Source of the DNA: Pseudomonadota bacterium
GTDB lineage: Bacteria; Bdellovibrionota_B; Oligoflexia; Oligoflexales; RGVZ01
Direction: 5' to 3'
Length of the DNA: 64,000 nucleotides
Assembly: GCA_041178085.1 (NCBI GenBank)
Contig: JBEGVZ010000104.1
Span: forward strand, 3,719 to 67,718
Shown here: in pieces, positions 1 through 10,202 of the stretch
Position numbering within the stretch: position 1 is the first letter of the stretch
Layout: each line of letters begins with the position of its first letter
Notes under the pieces: generated by a model
Seen by the model: only the letters and a program-made list of their open reading frames with translations
Database searches by the model: none
What the model was told of the DNA's origin: nothing
Made by a program: the position numbers and the translations under genes

Positions 1-2
1 AC

Positions 3-659
3 GATGATCATGGCCTGATCCTGTTCAACGAACGAAATGGAGCCACGTGTTTCTTCGATGACACGGATGGCGTGACCAACGACAACAACAATCCCGATAT
101 CGACCTGACCAGCGGGGACACCGGGAAGGTAAAAGCATTCCTCGGTACATACTACCGGCAAGAGGGCGGATCCTGCATTGGTTGCCATGACAACGATCCC
201 TTCATGTACAGTCCATATCTCAAGGGCGCGGACTGGCAGAGCAGTCCGTCTTACACTCTAGGCAAGTATTTTGCGGTCCACACCGGTCAAGAGGAACAAT
301 CACATGTCCGGTACCTGACGTCCGAGAAAGCGGCACCGTGCCTGATGTGCCACAGGATCGGCCAGGGAAATACCTGCGGGAAATTCGTGGGCGATTCCGC
401 TGGAAACCCTGAAATCGAAAGCTTGCAGTCATGGATTCGCGGAAACCCCGGGGCAAAGCCATCAAGACCTGCACGTTGGGGCCTGGCGCGTGACCCTCAT
501 GGCCACACATGGTCTACCCCGGCATGGATGCCGCCCGACATGGACGAGGAACAGGTAACGGAAAAAGCCTGGAATGATGAGTACCGCGAGGCCATCGAAA
601 CCATCGAGAGCTGCTGCGAAAACCCCAAAGCCGCCGGTTGCGAGTGGTCAACCCTCTGA
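3..659 (+). CDS. Cys-rich hypothetical protein with two CxxCH heme-binding motifs (5'-truncated)
   Basis: Frame is open from base 3 (DDHGLILFNERNGATCFFD...); contains CIGCH and CLMCH plus extra Cys; stop at 657-659. Confidence 0.65.
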   Translation, partial: DDHGLILFNERNGATCFFDDTDGVTNDNNNPDIDLTSGDTGKVKAFLGTYYRQEGGSCIGCHDNDPFMYSPYLKGADWQSSPSYTLGKYFAVHTGQEEQSHVRYLTSEKAAPCLMCHRIGQGNTCGKFVGDSAGNPEIESLQSWIRGNPGAKPSRPARWGLARDPHGHTWSTPAWMPPDMDEEQVTEKAWNDEYREAIETIESCCENPKAAGCEWSTL

Positions 660-688
660 TTTAAAAGGACTTTATTTTATAAAAACCC

Positions 689-715
689 TTAATTTTTGCC
701 CCTGGTTGCCGATAA
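689..715 (+). promoter_or_regulatory. Putative sigma-28 (FliA-type) promoter
   Basis: TTAA-N15-GCCGATAA, about 25 nt upstream of ORF 740. Confidence 0.55.
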
Positions 716-739
716 GAAGGAAGTAACCAGAGGGGAAAT

Positions 740-1249
740 TTGATGGGTTCCGAACACCAATTCGACGACCTGATCGCTTGCGTCCGAAACCTCAAGTCGA
801 ACAGGCTATTCATCGTGATCGATGACTCGCGGACGGACCGTTACACTTTGATTGCGCCGGATGGCGTCACACGTGAATTGCCTGCGGAGCTATTCGGCGA
901 GGAAGAAAATCACCGCTTGGCGGAAGTTCTGCCGGAGCAGCGCGAAGCTTACAAGGAGTGGATGGCGGAGGAAGCAATCCGGATCAACCTTGCCGCGAGC
1001 AAGGATTCGGTGGTTGAGTATGAATATCCGCGCCTGACGTTTATCAAACAAGTCATTGAAGCACTCGGTCCCGAAGAGGTCTTCCGTGTGAGGTGCAGAG
1101 ACGGTATCTTTGAGTTCACGCGCAGCGAATTTGAAGCCGACTTCCAGAAGGTGATTCACAGCAAGCAGTATCAGAATTACGGTTTTTATGCCTACCGCAC
1201 AACGCCGGAACGCGCTCACTACTACAGGATCAGCAGGGCAGCAGCATGA
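740..1249 (+). CDS. Hypothetical protein
   Basis: 169-aa ORF with AGAGGGG RBS; ATGA overlap with the next gene. Confidence 0.7.
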   Translation: MMGSEHQFDDLIACVRNLKSNRLFIVIDDSRTDRYTLIAPDGVTRELPAELFGEEENHRLAEVLPEQREAYKEWMAEEAIRINLAASKDSVVEYEYPRLTFIKQVIEALGPEEVFRVRCRDGIFEFTRSEFEADFQKVIHSKQYQNYGFYAYRTTPERAHYYRISRAAA

Positions 1250-2103
1250 AGCAAACCACAAGGACGTGGACGAACGACGAAAGACTGACAACCTTCAGCC
1301 AGGGCTGGCTGCCAGAAGGCGAGCAGGATGCATTAAAATCGGGGGTCAAGGACCTCGTGATCATCCTGCACGGACTGGGTGAACATTCAGACCGCTATCA
1401 AGCCTGGGCAAAACGTTTTGTTGACGCAGGCATGGCTGTTTACGCACTGGACCTGCCTGGTCACGGCCGAACCGCAGGACGCCGCGGCCACGCAAGATCC
1501 TTCGGTGCCATCTTCGACGACATCAAAAACTTGATCGCGCGCTGCCGGCAAGACCACCCTGCAGCCCGCATACACTTTTACGGCCACAGCATGGGTGGCG
1601 CCATTACGCTTGGATATGCGACCATTCGCAGAGACGACGCCCTGGCAGCGGGCGTAACGTCCCTTACACTTTCCGGTCCTGCCATCAAGCCTGGGTTTGA
1701 GCCGCCCGTCTGGAAGATCAAGCTTGCTGCGCTGCTGGAACGACTGGCGCCGGGACTCACCCTTCCCAGCGGTCTTGATCCCGATTGGTTATCGACAAAT
1801 CCCTCTGTGATCAGTGCCTACAAGGCAGATCCGCTGGTGCACGACATGATTTCTGTGCGCTGGTACAACGATTGGATGCGCACGCTCGCCGCTGTCGAAG
1901 CCGCGGCCGCGGAGAACAAGTTTCCAGTGTTGGTGATGCACGCGGGAGATGACCAGGCGACTTCACCGGCCGCGTCAGAAAAAATGGCTCGCCTGCTGAA
2001 GGCACGTTTCCATCTATTTCCCGGCGCACGCCATGAGATCCACCACGAATCCTGCGCTGATGACGCCTTTCGCATGGCCCTGTCGTTCATGCAGGGGGCT
2101 TGA
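1246..2103 (+). CDS. Alpha/beta hydrolase, lysophospholipase/monoglyceride lipase family
   Basis: HGLGEH, DLPGHGRT, nucleophile motif GHSMGG, catalytic H in GARHEI. Confidence 0.92.
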   Translation: MKQTTRTWTNDERLTTFSQGWLPEGEQDALKSGVKDLVIILHGLGEHSDRYQAWAKRFVDAGMAVYALDLPGHGRTAGRRGHARSFGAIFDDIKNLIARCRQDHPAARIHFYGHSMGGAITLGYATIRRDDALAAGVTSLTLSGPAIKPGFEPPVWKIKLAALLERLAPGLTLPSGLDPDWLSTNPSVISAYKADPLVHDMISVRWYNDWMRTLAAVEAAAAENKFPVLVMHAGDDQATSPAASEKMARLLKARFHLFPGARHEIHHESCADDAFRMALSFMQGA

Positions 2104-3724
2104 CGGGGATTCTGGACATGGCAAGTTCAGTCATCGCCGTAATGGTCAGGCTGGGGTTCACCCCCAGATTGGCTGGAATGACTGATCCGTCGCAAACATA
2201 CAATCCCTGGTAACCGAAGATCCTGTGATGATCGTCCACCACGCCCTCTGATGGATCACGTGCGATGCTGCACCCACCAAGGATGTGGGCTGTCGTCGGG
2301 ATATTGAGCATGACTTCGTTGATTGCGCTTTGCGGGGCTCCACCAAGCTTGAGCGCGTAGGCCCGGGCCACCTGGTTTGCCACTGGAATGTAGGCCGGAA
2401 CCGGCAAAACACCGGCTTGCGGGGCAGTCGTCATCGCACGACGAAATCCGGAGCCCAGGCTGCGTGAAAGCCGCAGGCGCATGCGGTTGTCGATGGTCTG
2501 CATGACCAACAGAATCACCGAGTTCTCCGCCCACGTCCAGGAAAAATAGAGTTTGGCGAGCTGAATCGGGCTGGTCGCCATGACCAGGATGGCCTTGACC
2601 GCGCGAATGAACGGCGATCCACCGTCTACCATCGGCGCAGCCAGGAGCCGCATCAGGTCGGATCCACGATTATAAACCACTGGTTCGATGTGCGTGTCCT
2701 CGTCGGGGTGAAAGATGGATGTGATGGCCACGCCAGGCGCATAATCCGGTCGTTCGCGGGCGTCATCCCTTGCAACACCGACAAGCGCCTCACTATTGGA
2801 ACGGACGTTCCAACCCAGACGGTCTGAAATACGCGCAAGCGAACCCGTCTGGTGTTTGCACCGCAGCAGCAAATCCACCGTCCCCAGTACCCCTGCTGCG
2901 AACACCACATTTTTTGCGATGATTGCTTGCGGGTCTTTACGCCACCATGCCGTCGAACGAACTGTGTGAAGGGCGTAGCCCTCTTTCGTCGCGGAATCCT
3001 TGCCCAACGGGCGAACGTCGACAACCTTCCTTTCGGCAAGGATCTCTGCTCCCTTCCGCATGGCAAACCAAAGGTAATTCTTGACCAGCGTATTCTTGGC
3101 CCCGTGGCGACAACCGACCATGCAACCACCACAATAGATGCAGCCACGCCTTGGCGGCCCTTCACCACCAAAGTATGGATCGGGCACTTCCTTGCCTTCC
3201 TGACCGGGAGCCGCGAAATAAACACCCACCTGCGCGGGACGAAAAGTGTCACCCTTGCCCATGTCACGCGCCACCTCAGCGAGGACATGATCCTGTTCGC
3301 CGAGCCTTGGGTTGGTCGCCACGCCAAGCATGCGGCGAGCCTCGGCGTAATGCGGTGCCAGCTCCCCCTGCCAGTCGCGAATCCCAGCCCACGAGCCCGT
3401 CCGATAAAACGTCTGTCCCGGCTCAAGCAACGTATTGGCATAGACCAGGCTACCACCGCCGACACCCGTACCGCTCAATACGAGTATGTTACGGAAGAAC
3501 GTCATGTTCTGAATGCCGAAGCACTTGAGCAACGGCGCCCAAAGATATCTACGCAGGTCACGGTTGGTGCGGGCAAAATCGCGGTCGTCAAACCATTTAC
3601 CCTGTTCAAGTACGATCACCCGGTAGCCTTTCTCTGAAAGGCGCAAGGCGGCGACACTTCCACCGAAGCCAGAGCCCACGATCGCAAAATCAAATACAGA
3701 ATCATCCGATCGACGATCTGTCAT
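2087..3724 (-). CDS. GMC oxidoreductase, cholesterol oxidase (ChoD)-like
   Basis: GSGFGG FAD motif, GVGGGSLVYAN, CxxCGGCMVGC, TAHILGG, NLGVNPSLTI. Confidence 0.9.
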   Translation of the reverse strand: MTDRRSDDSVFDFAIVGSGFGGSVAALRLSEKGYRVIVLEQGKWFDDRDFARTNRDLRRYLWAPLLKCFGIQNMTFFRNILVLSGTGVGGGSLVYANTLLEPGQTFYRTGSWAGIRDWQGELAPHYAEARRMLGVATNPRLGEQDHVLAEVARDMGKGDTFRPAQVGVYFAAPGQEGKEVPDPYFGGEGPPRRGCIYCGGCMVGCRHGAKNTLVKNYLWFAMRKGAEILAERKVVDVRPLGKDSATKEGYALHTVRSTAWWRKDPQAIIAKNVVFAAGVLGTVDLLLRCKHQTGSLARISDRLGWNVRSNSEALVGVARDDARERPDYAPGVAITSIFHPDEDTHIEPVVYNRGSDLMRLLAAPMVDGGSPFIRAVKAILVMATSPIQLAKLYFSWTWAENSVILLVMQTIDNRMRLRLSRSLGSGFRRAMTTAPQAGVLPVPAYIPVANQVARAYALKLGGAPQSAINEVMLNIPTTAHILGGCSIARDPSEGVVDDHHRIFGYQGLYVCDGSVIPANLGVNPSLTITAMTELAMSRIPVKPPA

Positions 3725-3786
3725 GCAAATCTCCTGCGTGGAACGCCCCACCGCTCAAAGAGGATTCAAAAAAATAAAGTCATGAT

Positions 3787-6051
3787 TCAACGAAGACGCA
3801 CGCGGTTCAGCCGGAGTGAATTTGCCACGACGCTTACTGATGACAGAGCCATGGCACCAGCCGCGATCATCGGTGACAGCAATCCAACCGCAGCCACCGG
3901 GATCGCAATGACATTATACCCGAAGGCCCAGAAAAGATTTTGCCGGATCACCCTCGAGGTCGCTCGTGAAAGGGTGATCGCGTCTGCAACCCTGGTCAAG
4001 TCACCAGACGGGATGATCAGCCCAGAAGTTCCCATGGCAATGTCTGTTCCCCTGCCAACTGAAATTCCAACATCAGCTTGAGCCAGAGCCGGAGCGTCGT
4101 TGATGCCGTCTCCCGCCATGATAACTTTCTTGCCATCGCCCTGAAATTGCCTGATCAGATCAAGCTTGCCCGCAGGCAAGATATTGGCGTGGAAATTCCC
4201 GATCCCGGTCGCCCGGGCAACCGCGGTGACGGGGCCGTCGCGGTCGCCGCTGGCCATGATGATCTGTATGTTCTCGGCCTGAATCCGGCGCACGGCTTCG
4301 ACAGCAGACGGACGGATGGTCGAGGTAAGAGAAAGCCGCGCCACAATCTTGCCCTCAATGGCAATCCACACCAGGGAATACTGGGATGAGGAATCGAGCG
4401 ACCAGCCATCGGGGCGGGACCAGACAGGTTGCAGTTGGGGATCGATGCCCCGCTCCTGCATCAATGCGGCGTTACCCGAAATCACATCGGCTTCATTGCC
4501 GGAGAAAAAAACCTTTGCCGCCAGACCACGCCCGGGAATTTCCCTCAACTGTGTCACCCGTAATCCTGACACACTCGACGCACGAGATGTTTCCAGCAGC
4601 CACCGATTCACCGCGCGCGCCAAAGGGTGCCGGCTACCTGCCTGGACTTCCGCAAGCACGGCAAACCACTCTAGCGGCAACGACGGATCAAACTGCGCAT
4701 CAGCAACCTCGAAATCGCCCGTGGTGACCGTTCCAGTCTTGTCAATCACGAGCACTGATGCTTTTTCGATTTCGTGCAGTGCGTCCGGATCGCGCACCAG
4801 GATGCCAAGGCGCGCTGCTCGCCCGCTGCCAACAAGGATGGCGGTTGGAGTGGCAAGGCCCAGCGCACATGGACAAGCAATCACGAGAACTGCAAGAAAA
4901 GCCCGCAGGGCCCCGTCCCAACCGTCCCCTAAAAGCCAGTGCACGGCCAGCGTCAACACGGCCACGGCAATGACGGCAGGGACAAACCGTGCGGCGACTG
5001 CATCGACCAGTTTTTGAATGGCGGGCCGGGTTGCCTGGGCATCACGCACCAGGGAAAGGATCTGCGCCAGCATCGTGTCGTTGCCTGTTTTTTCGGTGCG
5101 GACCAGTAGCATGCCGGAACCGCAATTGACGGTCCCACCGGTAACAAGATCACCCGGCTTCTTGAAAACCGGCACTGACTCGCCGGATACCAGCGCCTCA
5201 TCCATCTCTGATTCGCCATCGATGACCCGGCCGTCCGCTGGACAGGCACGACCTGCGGCGACAACCAGGACGTCTCCGATGCGCACTGAATCAACTGGTA
5301 TTTCCTCGTCCCGCCACCCCTCACCGCCAAGTCCATCGCGGCGAACCGTTGCGGTGGCTGGTTGCAGCGCAGCCAACTTCATGATCGCGTCGACCGCCGA
5401 GCTGCGCGCGCGTTCCTCCAGCCAACGGCCCATCAAGACAAACGCGGCAATGACAGCTGCAGATTCAAAATAGAGATGCCTGGACAGGGGATCGGCGGAA
5501 TCTCCAGCCACCAGCTGCCACATGGAATAGACCCACGCCGATCCAACCCCGATTGCCACGAGGGTATCCATGTTGACGTTACGATGACGGGCGAGGGTGA
5601 AAGCCTGCAGGAAAAAAATCCGGGCTGGACCGGCAATCATGATTGTTGTCAGTATGGCCTGGATCAGGTTTGAGGTCGCCATCGGAACCACAAACCAGCC
5701 AAGCATGGGACCCATCGCCAGGAGCATAACCAAGGCTGCGATTCCCATGGCCAGCAACATTGAACGCAGCGTCCCGTTGCGTGCCTTGCGCTCCTGGCGC
5801 AGATCCGCGGCAAGGTCTCTTTGGCCGAACACCGCCTTGTATCCTGCGATCTGAACCACTTTCGCGATGGACTTCTCGTCGATGGCACCGGTGACGCGGC
5901 CAGATTTCATGGCAAAGTTGATGGCCACACTGCTGACACCAGGAGATTCTTCCAGAGCGCGGGTGATGCGCGCCGCACAGCCAGCGCAGGTCATGCCTTC
6001 AATCGCAAAATCAAGGACCGGTGTTTTTTCCCTGGGGTGTGCGGACGCCAT
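3787..6051 (-). CDS. copA: Heavy-metal (Cu+) translocating P1B-type ATPase
   Basis: GMTCAGC HMA domain, CPC, DKTGT, HP, GDGINDAP, YN and MALSS Cu+ signatures; start placed at ATG 6051. Confidence 0.92.
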   Translation of the reverse strand: MASAHPREKTPVLDFAIEGMTCAGCAARITRALEESPGVSSVAINFAMKSGRVTGAIDEKSIAKVVQIAGYKAVFGQRDLAADLRQERKARNGTLRSMLLAMGIAALVMLLAMGPMLGWFVVPMATSNLIQAILTTIMIAGPARIFFLQAFTLARHRNVNMDTLVAIGVGSAWVYSMWQLVAGDSADPLSRHLYFESAAVIAAFVLMGRWLEERARSSAVDAIMKLAALQPATATVRRDGLGGEGWRDEEIPVDSVRIGDVLVVAAGRACPADGRVIDGESEMDEALVSGESVPVFKKPGDLVTGGTVNCGSGMLLVRTEKTGNDTMLAQILSLVRDAQATRPAIQKLVDAVAARFVPAVIAVAVLTLAVHWLLGDGWDGALRAFLAVLVIACPCALGLATPTAILVGSGRAARLGILVRDPDALHEIEKASVLVIDKTGTVTTGDFEVADAQFDPSLPLEWFAVLAEVQAGSRHPLARAVNRWLLETSRASSVSGLRVTQLREIPGRGLAAKVFFSGNEADVISGNAALMQERGIDPQLQPVWSRPDGWSLDSSSQYSLVWIAIEGKIVARLSLTSTIRPSAVEAVRRIQAENIQIIMASGDRDGPVTAVARATGIGNFHANILPAGKLDLIRQFQGDGKKVIMAGDGINDAPALAQADVGISVGRGTDIAMGTSGLIIPSGDLTRVADAITLSRATSRVIRQNLFWAFGYNVIAIPVAAVGLLSPMIAAGAMALSSVSVVANSLRLNRVRLR

Positions 6052-7276
6052 GAGATGCCTCCCGGGTATCTGGCTTGCCGCTGCCATTATAGACCCAATT
6101 CCACTCGGGGTCATGGACCAACACGCAGGAATCACCCAGGTGAGCGCGCCACAATGCGCAGATCCCGCCCACCAACTCATCGACGTTACCGGAACGAAGT
6201 AAAACCCCATCACGCAGCGCCACAGGCAGCGAACTGCGAAGGTAATTCCAAAGCATCTTGGTGCGAGCGCAGGCGCGGCGCCCGGGGTTTACGCGGCCAC
6301 CCGGCAGGCGGCTTTGGATCAGTTCAAGCAGACCTTGCCAGCGAACTGAGTCCGTTCCTGCTGGGGGCATCGCATGAAACACCCCATCCCGCCAAAGGGC
6401 AACCAGGTCTGCGGGGGCATTCCAGTGCAGTTCGTGTAAAAGCGCAAAAACTTGAATGGCATGCGTCAAAGTTCCCAGTTCGATCGACACTGGATTTCCC
6501 GTTCGCAGCTCTTCAAAAATCCAGGGGTTCCGCAATGCGCCGCGACCGATGATCCACGTCCTGACACCGGGAGCGGTAGCCGCAGCGGAGTCAGCTGACG
6601 CAAGGTCGCAAATATCGCCGGAACCAACAACCTTCACAGGATCCAAATTGCGCGCAGCCAGATCGATCAACCCAAGGTCAGCTCGCCCCAGGTATCGCTG
6701 CGGTCGGGTTCTCCCGTGAACGCTGACCTGGGCCAAAGGCAGGCCTTTCAATGCCTCGATGATCCGGGGAAATTCTGCGGGATCGTGAAACCCGGTGCGG
6801 ACCTTGACACTGAGCTTGTCAGCGCCGACATGCTGGAGCGCAAACTCCAAAAATCCCCGCAAGCCAGCAGGATCCTCAAGCAAGCTGCTGCCCGCCCTGC
6901 CCCCGACCACGACGGGCGATGGACACCCACAGTTCAAATCAATGAAGAACCCCGAATTCACGAACGCCTTATCCACTTTCCGTAAGATCAGTTCCGACAC
7001 ACGGATAAAATCCGAGGGATTGGTTGCCATCAATTGTGGAATCACCCTGGCGCTGCGGCCAGTGCCACCAATGGGTTCAAAAAGTTCAGGACACCAGACA
7101 GGCGGCAGCTCTCTTGCAGGGAATGAGTCCGTCACACGCAGGAAAGGAGTCCATAAGAAGGCAGGAGACGATGCCTGGGCAAACCAGATCCGGGCGGGCC
7201 AGTCGGTGACGCCCTCCATGGGCGCAAGACCAAAATCAATTGGTCCGGGGAAGTTTTCCGGCATGCGGCGACCCAT
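6011..7276 (-). CDS. tRNA-dihydrouridine synthase (Dus) family protein
   Basis: LAPMEGVTD, DLNCGCP, VKVRTG, VHGRT, GRGALRNPW. Confidence 0.88.
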   Translation of the reverse strand: MGRRMPENFPGPIDFGLAPMEGVTDWPARIWFAQASSPAFLWTPFLRVTDSFPARELPPVWCPELFEPIGGTGRSARVIPQLMATNPSDFIRVSELILRKVDKAFVNSGFFIDLNCGCPSPVVVGGRAGSSLLEDPAGLRGFLEFALQHVGADKLSVKVRTGFHDPAEFPRIIEALKGLPLAQVSVHGRTRPQRYLGRADLGLIDLAARNLDPVKVVGSGDICDLASADSAAATAPGVRTWIIGRGALRNPWIFEELRTGNPVSIELGTLTHAIQVFALLHELHWNAPADLVALWRDGVFHAMPPAGTDSVRWQGLLELIQSRLPGGRVNPGRRACARTKMLWNYLRSSLPVALRDGVLLRSGNVDELVGGICALWRAHLGDSCVLVHDPEWNWVYNGSGKPDTREASHGVRTPQGKNTGP

Positions 7277-7278
7277 GT

Positions 7279-8820
7279 TCACTTGTCCACAAAGGGGAGA
7301 CGCATCACGAGACAGGCGCCATCGGGACCTGATTCTTCCGTTGCATGAAGGCTTCCCCCGTAACATTCGATCAAGCGGCAGACAAGACGCAGGCCGAGGC
7401 CTTCATGAACAAAGGACAGGTCACTACTCCTGAGGCCAACTGAGGTTAATTGTTCGAAACGTTCCCGGGTCAGGCCGTGCCCGTTATCACGCAAAGACAG
7501 CTCAACAAAACCATCGACCTTGGACAGAAGCGATATCCAAACCTTTCCATCCATCCGGCGAGCCGCCGACTTGATTGAGTTACCGGCAAGGTTCATGATG
7601 ATTTGCATCAATTCGGTGCGCGGCATCGCCACCACAAGGGCCCGAATATCCTCTGAAACATCGACTTCCCAGTTCAAAGGTTGGCCGCCCTCGCTGCTCA
7701 TCTTGAGCAAGGTCAAGGCACGATCAATGCTATCACCAAGAACGCATTGTCCCGCGCCTTCCCCGTCCCGGTTGCGCAATTTGGCACGCAAAGCCTGAAC
7801 GAGAGAATCCATGTGCGAAGCCGATGCTTCCAAAACCTTCAAGTGTTCCGCTTCAGGATTCAGCAGGCTGATCTCCCTCGCCAGGTTTTCGAGCGAAAGA
7901 CGCATCACGGCAAGGCTCGATCCAAGGTCATGAACTACCAGGCCCGTGAACTGCCCAAGTTCTGCAAAGCGAGCCTTGTCCGCAGCAAAGCGTGTCATCA
8001 GTTTAGACTCAAGCTCATAGTCGGTGACGCGCTCTTGCAGAAACTGCTTTTCACGGTACTGGCGCAAAAGCAGAATAGACCACGCCCACACCCCACCCAG
8101 GAAGATGAGGCCGAAGCCTGAGAGCGAAACCACATCCGCCCCCTTTTGAACCAACCCTGCACCATGACGAAGAGTCATCCATGCAGCAGCCATGCTGATG
8201 GTCCAGGATATGGAGGCAAACAACATTTCAAACGCTCCAAGTTGGCGCTGAATCTGCCATGGCACACCTTCACCGGCCAGAGCAGGTTCTCTAAGGTGGG
8301 CTGCCGCCGCCGACTTGAGCTTGGCCGCGACAATCGATTGTTCGATAAAGACAAGCAAACACAAAAAACCGTAAAATCCGGCAAAATGAAAAACTTGGAG
8401 CATTGCGGATTCATGGGGTTCAGGCGTTCTCTGGACTGGCCCCAGGTAAGCAAACACAGCCAAGGGTACGTCACGGAGCAGGCTGGATAGACAAGTGAAG
8501 AGGACCCGGCTGCCAGCCCAACCATCAATCATCTTGATGAAGTCTTCCCGGTTGATGTTGGCAGAATTCTTGGTCAGAACGCCGTGCAGCTGATAGTCAA
8601 ACCCAGCGACGGCCGCCGGATCGCGCCATTTATGGAGCTCTCGGGACAGCCACAGCAAAAGGGGCTGCATCGCTGCCCCAAACAGGAATATCAATGCGAC
8701 TTCTGACCATTCTGGTCTTGCCCAGGTCAGGAACCACGGCAGTGATCCAATGACCGAAACCGCCAATCCGTAGGGGCTCAGGTCACCAACGTAGTAAAAT
8801 CTGAACATTCGGACATTCAT
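7279..8820 (-). CDS. Membrane sensor histidine kinase (orphan)
   Basis: Multiple TM segments; H-box VVHDL, N-box NLAGNS, DNGHG and GLGL G-boxes; start uncertain (8820-8859). Confidence 0.85.
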   Translation of the reverse strand: MNVRMFRFYYVGDLSPYGLAVSVIGSLPWFLTWARPEWSEVALIFLFGAAMQPLLLWLSRELHKWRDPAAVAGFDYQLHGVLTKNSANINREDFIKMIDGWAGSRVLFTCLSSLLRDVPLAVFAYLGPVQRTPEPHESAMLQVFHFAGFYGFLCLLVFIEQSIVAAKLKSAAAAHLREPALAGEGVPWQIQRQLGAFEMLFASISWTISMAAAWMTLRHGAGLVQKGADVVSLSGFGLIFLGGVWAWSILLLRQYREKQFLQERVTDYELESKLMTRFAADKARFAELGQFTGLVVHDLGSSLAVMRLSLENLAREISLLNPEAEHLKVLEASASHMDSLVQALRAKLRNRDGEGAGQCVLGDSIDRALTLLKMSSEGGQPLNWEVDVSEDIRALVVAMPRTELMQIIMNLAGNSIKSAARRMDGKVWISLLSKVDGFVELSLRDNGHGLTRERFEQLTSVGLRSSDLSFVHEGLGLRLVCRLIECYGGSLHATEESGPDGACLVMRLPFVDK

Positions 8821-8873
8821 GAAACAATTTATCGGCTTAGAAATACGAAGGATCAACATATCCGGGCACGCCC

Positions 8874-10163
8874 ATGAAAGAAAATAAATTAATCAATAAA
8901 TTCAAATTGTTAGCAACAGCCATCGCCTGTGCAGTGCCGCATGCTGTATCCGCCAAAGCCCTTGCCCGTGCGGGCGCTGACGATTGTTCAGACTTTAGCG
9001 ACGATATCCCTCTGGCGGGCGAATCCCTGAATGACGCCGCGTCTTATGATTTTCCAGAACATTGGCGGGATTGGTGGGACCTTGGTGGCACAAGCGCGCG
9101 AATCTCTGCAGGTAGTCTGAATGCACGAGAATTCCTGTACTCCGAAGACCTGCGATTTGAGGCCACGTCGAATGATTCCCAAGTATCGTTATTCTTCGAT
9201 CGAGGACTTCGCCAAAACCATTGGCTGAAAAGTTCCGGCACTGAACTCAATCTAAACATCACACCGGGAAACTCCGGGGTGCCCTCTTTCAGCGTGCTCA
9301 TGGACAGCGATGCCATCAAAAAGAATGCCGATCTGGGCCTTGCCATTGGTTGGCGACAATCCCTGGTCGACTATTCTGAATTTTTTTTCTGGTCAATTGA
9401 TCATTACTACAACACCAAGGAAACCTCGGCAGCACGCTGGATAAAAAAACCATTCGCCTGGGGATACCGGTTTTCCAAACCGCGGCCTGAATCCAGTGAG
9501 ACGCCGTGGTTGCAGCAGGCGCAAATTGAAATACAACCCAAGGCAGTCTATGACAATCCAGATGCAGGGACGGTCTGTACAACCTCGCGTCGCAGCCTCA
9601 CCCTGCGCGGAAAGATCACGACTCACATCCTGTGGAACGTTGCCAATTTCAATACCGAAAAGAACGTTACGTCTAAAAGTTCAGCTGGCACAGCAACACA
9701 CACCAAGCGTGACTCTGCAAGCGCGGCGGTGACGTGGATCAGCAGCCCCGCGCAATCAGGTGCAGGCGGCGAGTACGATTCAGTCAGGATTGAAATCCTG
9801 GTCGATAAGTTGGAACGGGAATCTCAGGCCGCCTCCGGTTTACGAAGGGAGGCAATCGTTTCTGCCCGGCGCCACTTGGAGGCAGGTGAGACTGGGCAAT
9901 GGTTTTTCGGCATTATTGCCAGCCGCGGACAGCAAAGTATCGGCATAGCGGAAGCTGACGGCGCCCAGGTGATTGAACAAGCCAAGCTGCAAACAGGCTT
10001 CGAGTACCAGATCGGACGCAATACAAAAGCGGGACGCCCCAAAGGGAGCTTCCGTACACTGGCCAACTGGGACCTGGACCATCTGGTACAGGATTTCCCT
10101 TACTCCAAACGACGATTTCGCCCCTGGGATGGTGGCTTGCTGCAATTCAGCATCTATAACTGA
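8874..10163 (+). CDS. Exported hypothetical protein, probable outer-membrane beta-barrel
   Basis: Signal peptide; alternating aromatic/polar strands; C-terminal strand LLQFSIYN. Confidence 0.6.
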   Translation: MKENKLINKFKLLATAIACAVPHAVSAKALARAGADDCSDFSDDIPLAGESLNDAASYDFPEHWRDWWDLGGTSARISAGSLNAREFLYSEDLRFEATSNDSQVSLFFDRGLRQNHWLKSSGTELNLNITPGNSGVPSFSVLMDSDAIKKNADLGLAIGWRQSLVDYSEFFFWSIDHYYNTKETSAARWIKKPFAWGYRFSKPRPESSETPWLQQAQIEIQPKAVYDNPDAGTVCTTSRRSLTLRGKITTHILWNVANFNTEKNVTSKSSAGTATHTKRDSASAAVTWISSPAQSGAGGEYDSVRIEILVDKLERESQAASGLRREAIVSARRHLEAGETGQWFFGIIASRGQQSIGIAEADGAQVIEQAKLQTGFEYQIGRNTKAGRPKGSFRTLANWDLDHLVQDFPYSKRRFRPWDGGLLQFSIYN

Positions 10164-10202
10164 TAAGATTCCGGAATCACGGCCAACCAAGGAGATAATT
10201 TC

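Noticed and set aside
6052-6213. N-terminal extension of the Cu ATPase
   Set aside because: It overlaps dus coding sequence; the HMA domain begins just after ATG 6051.
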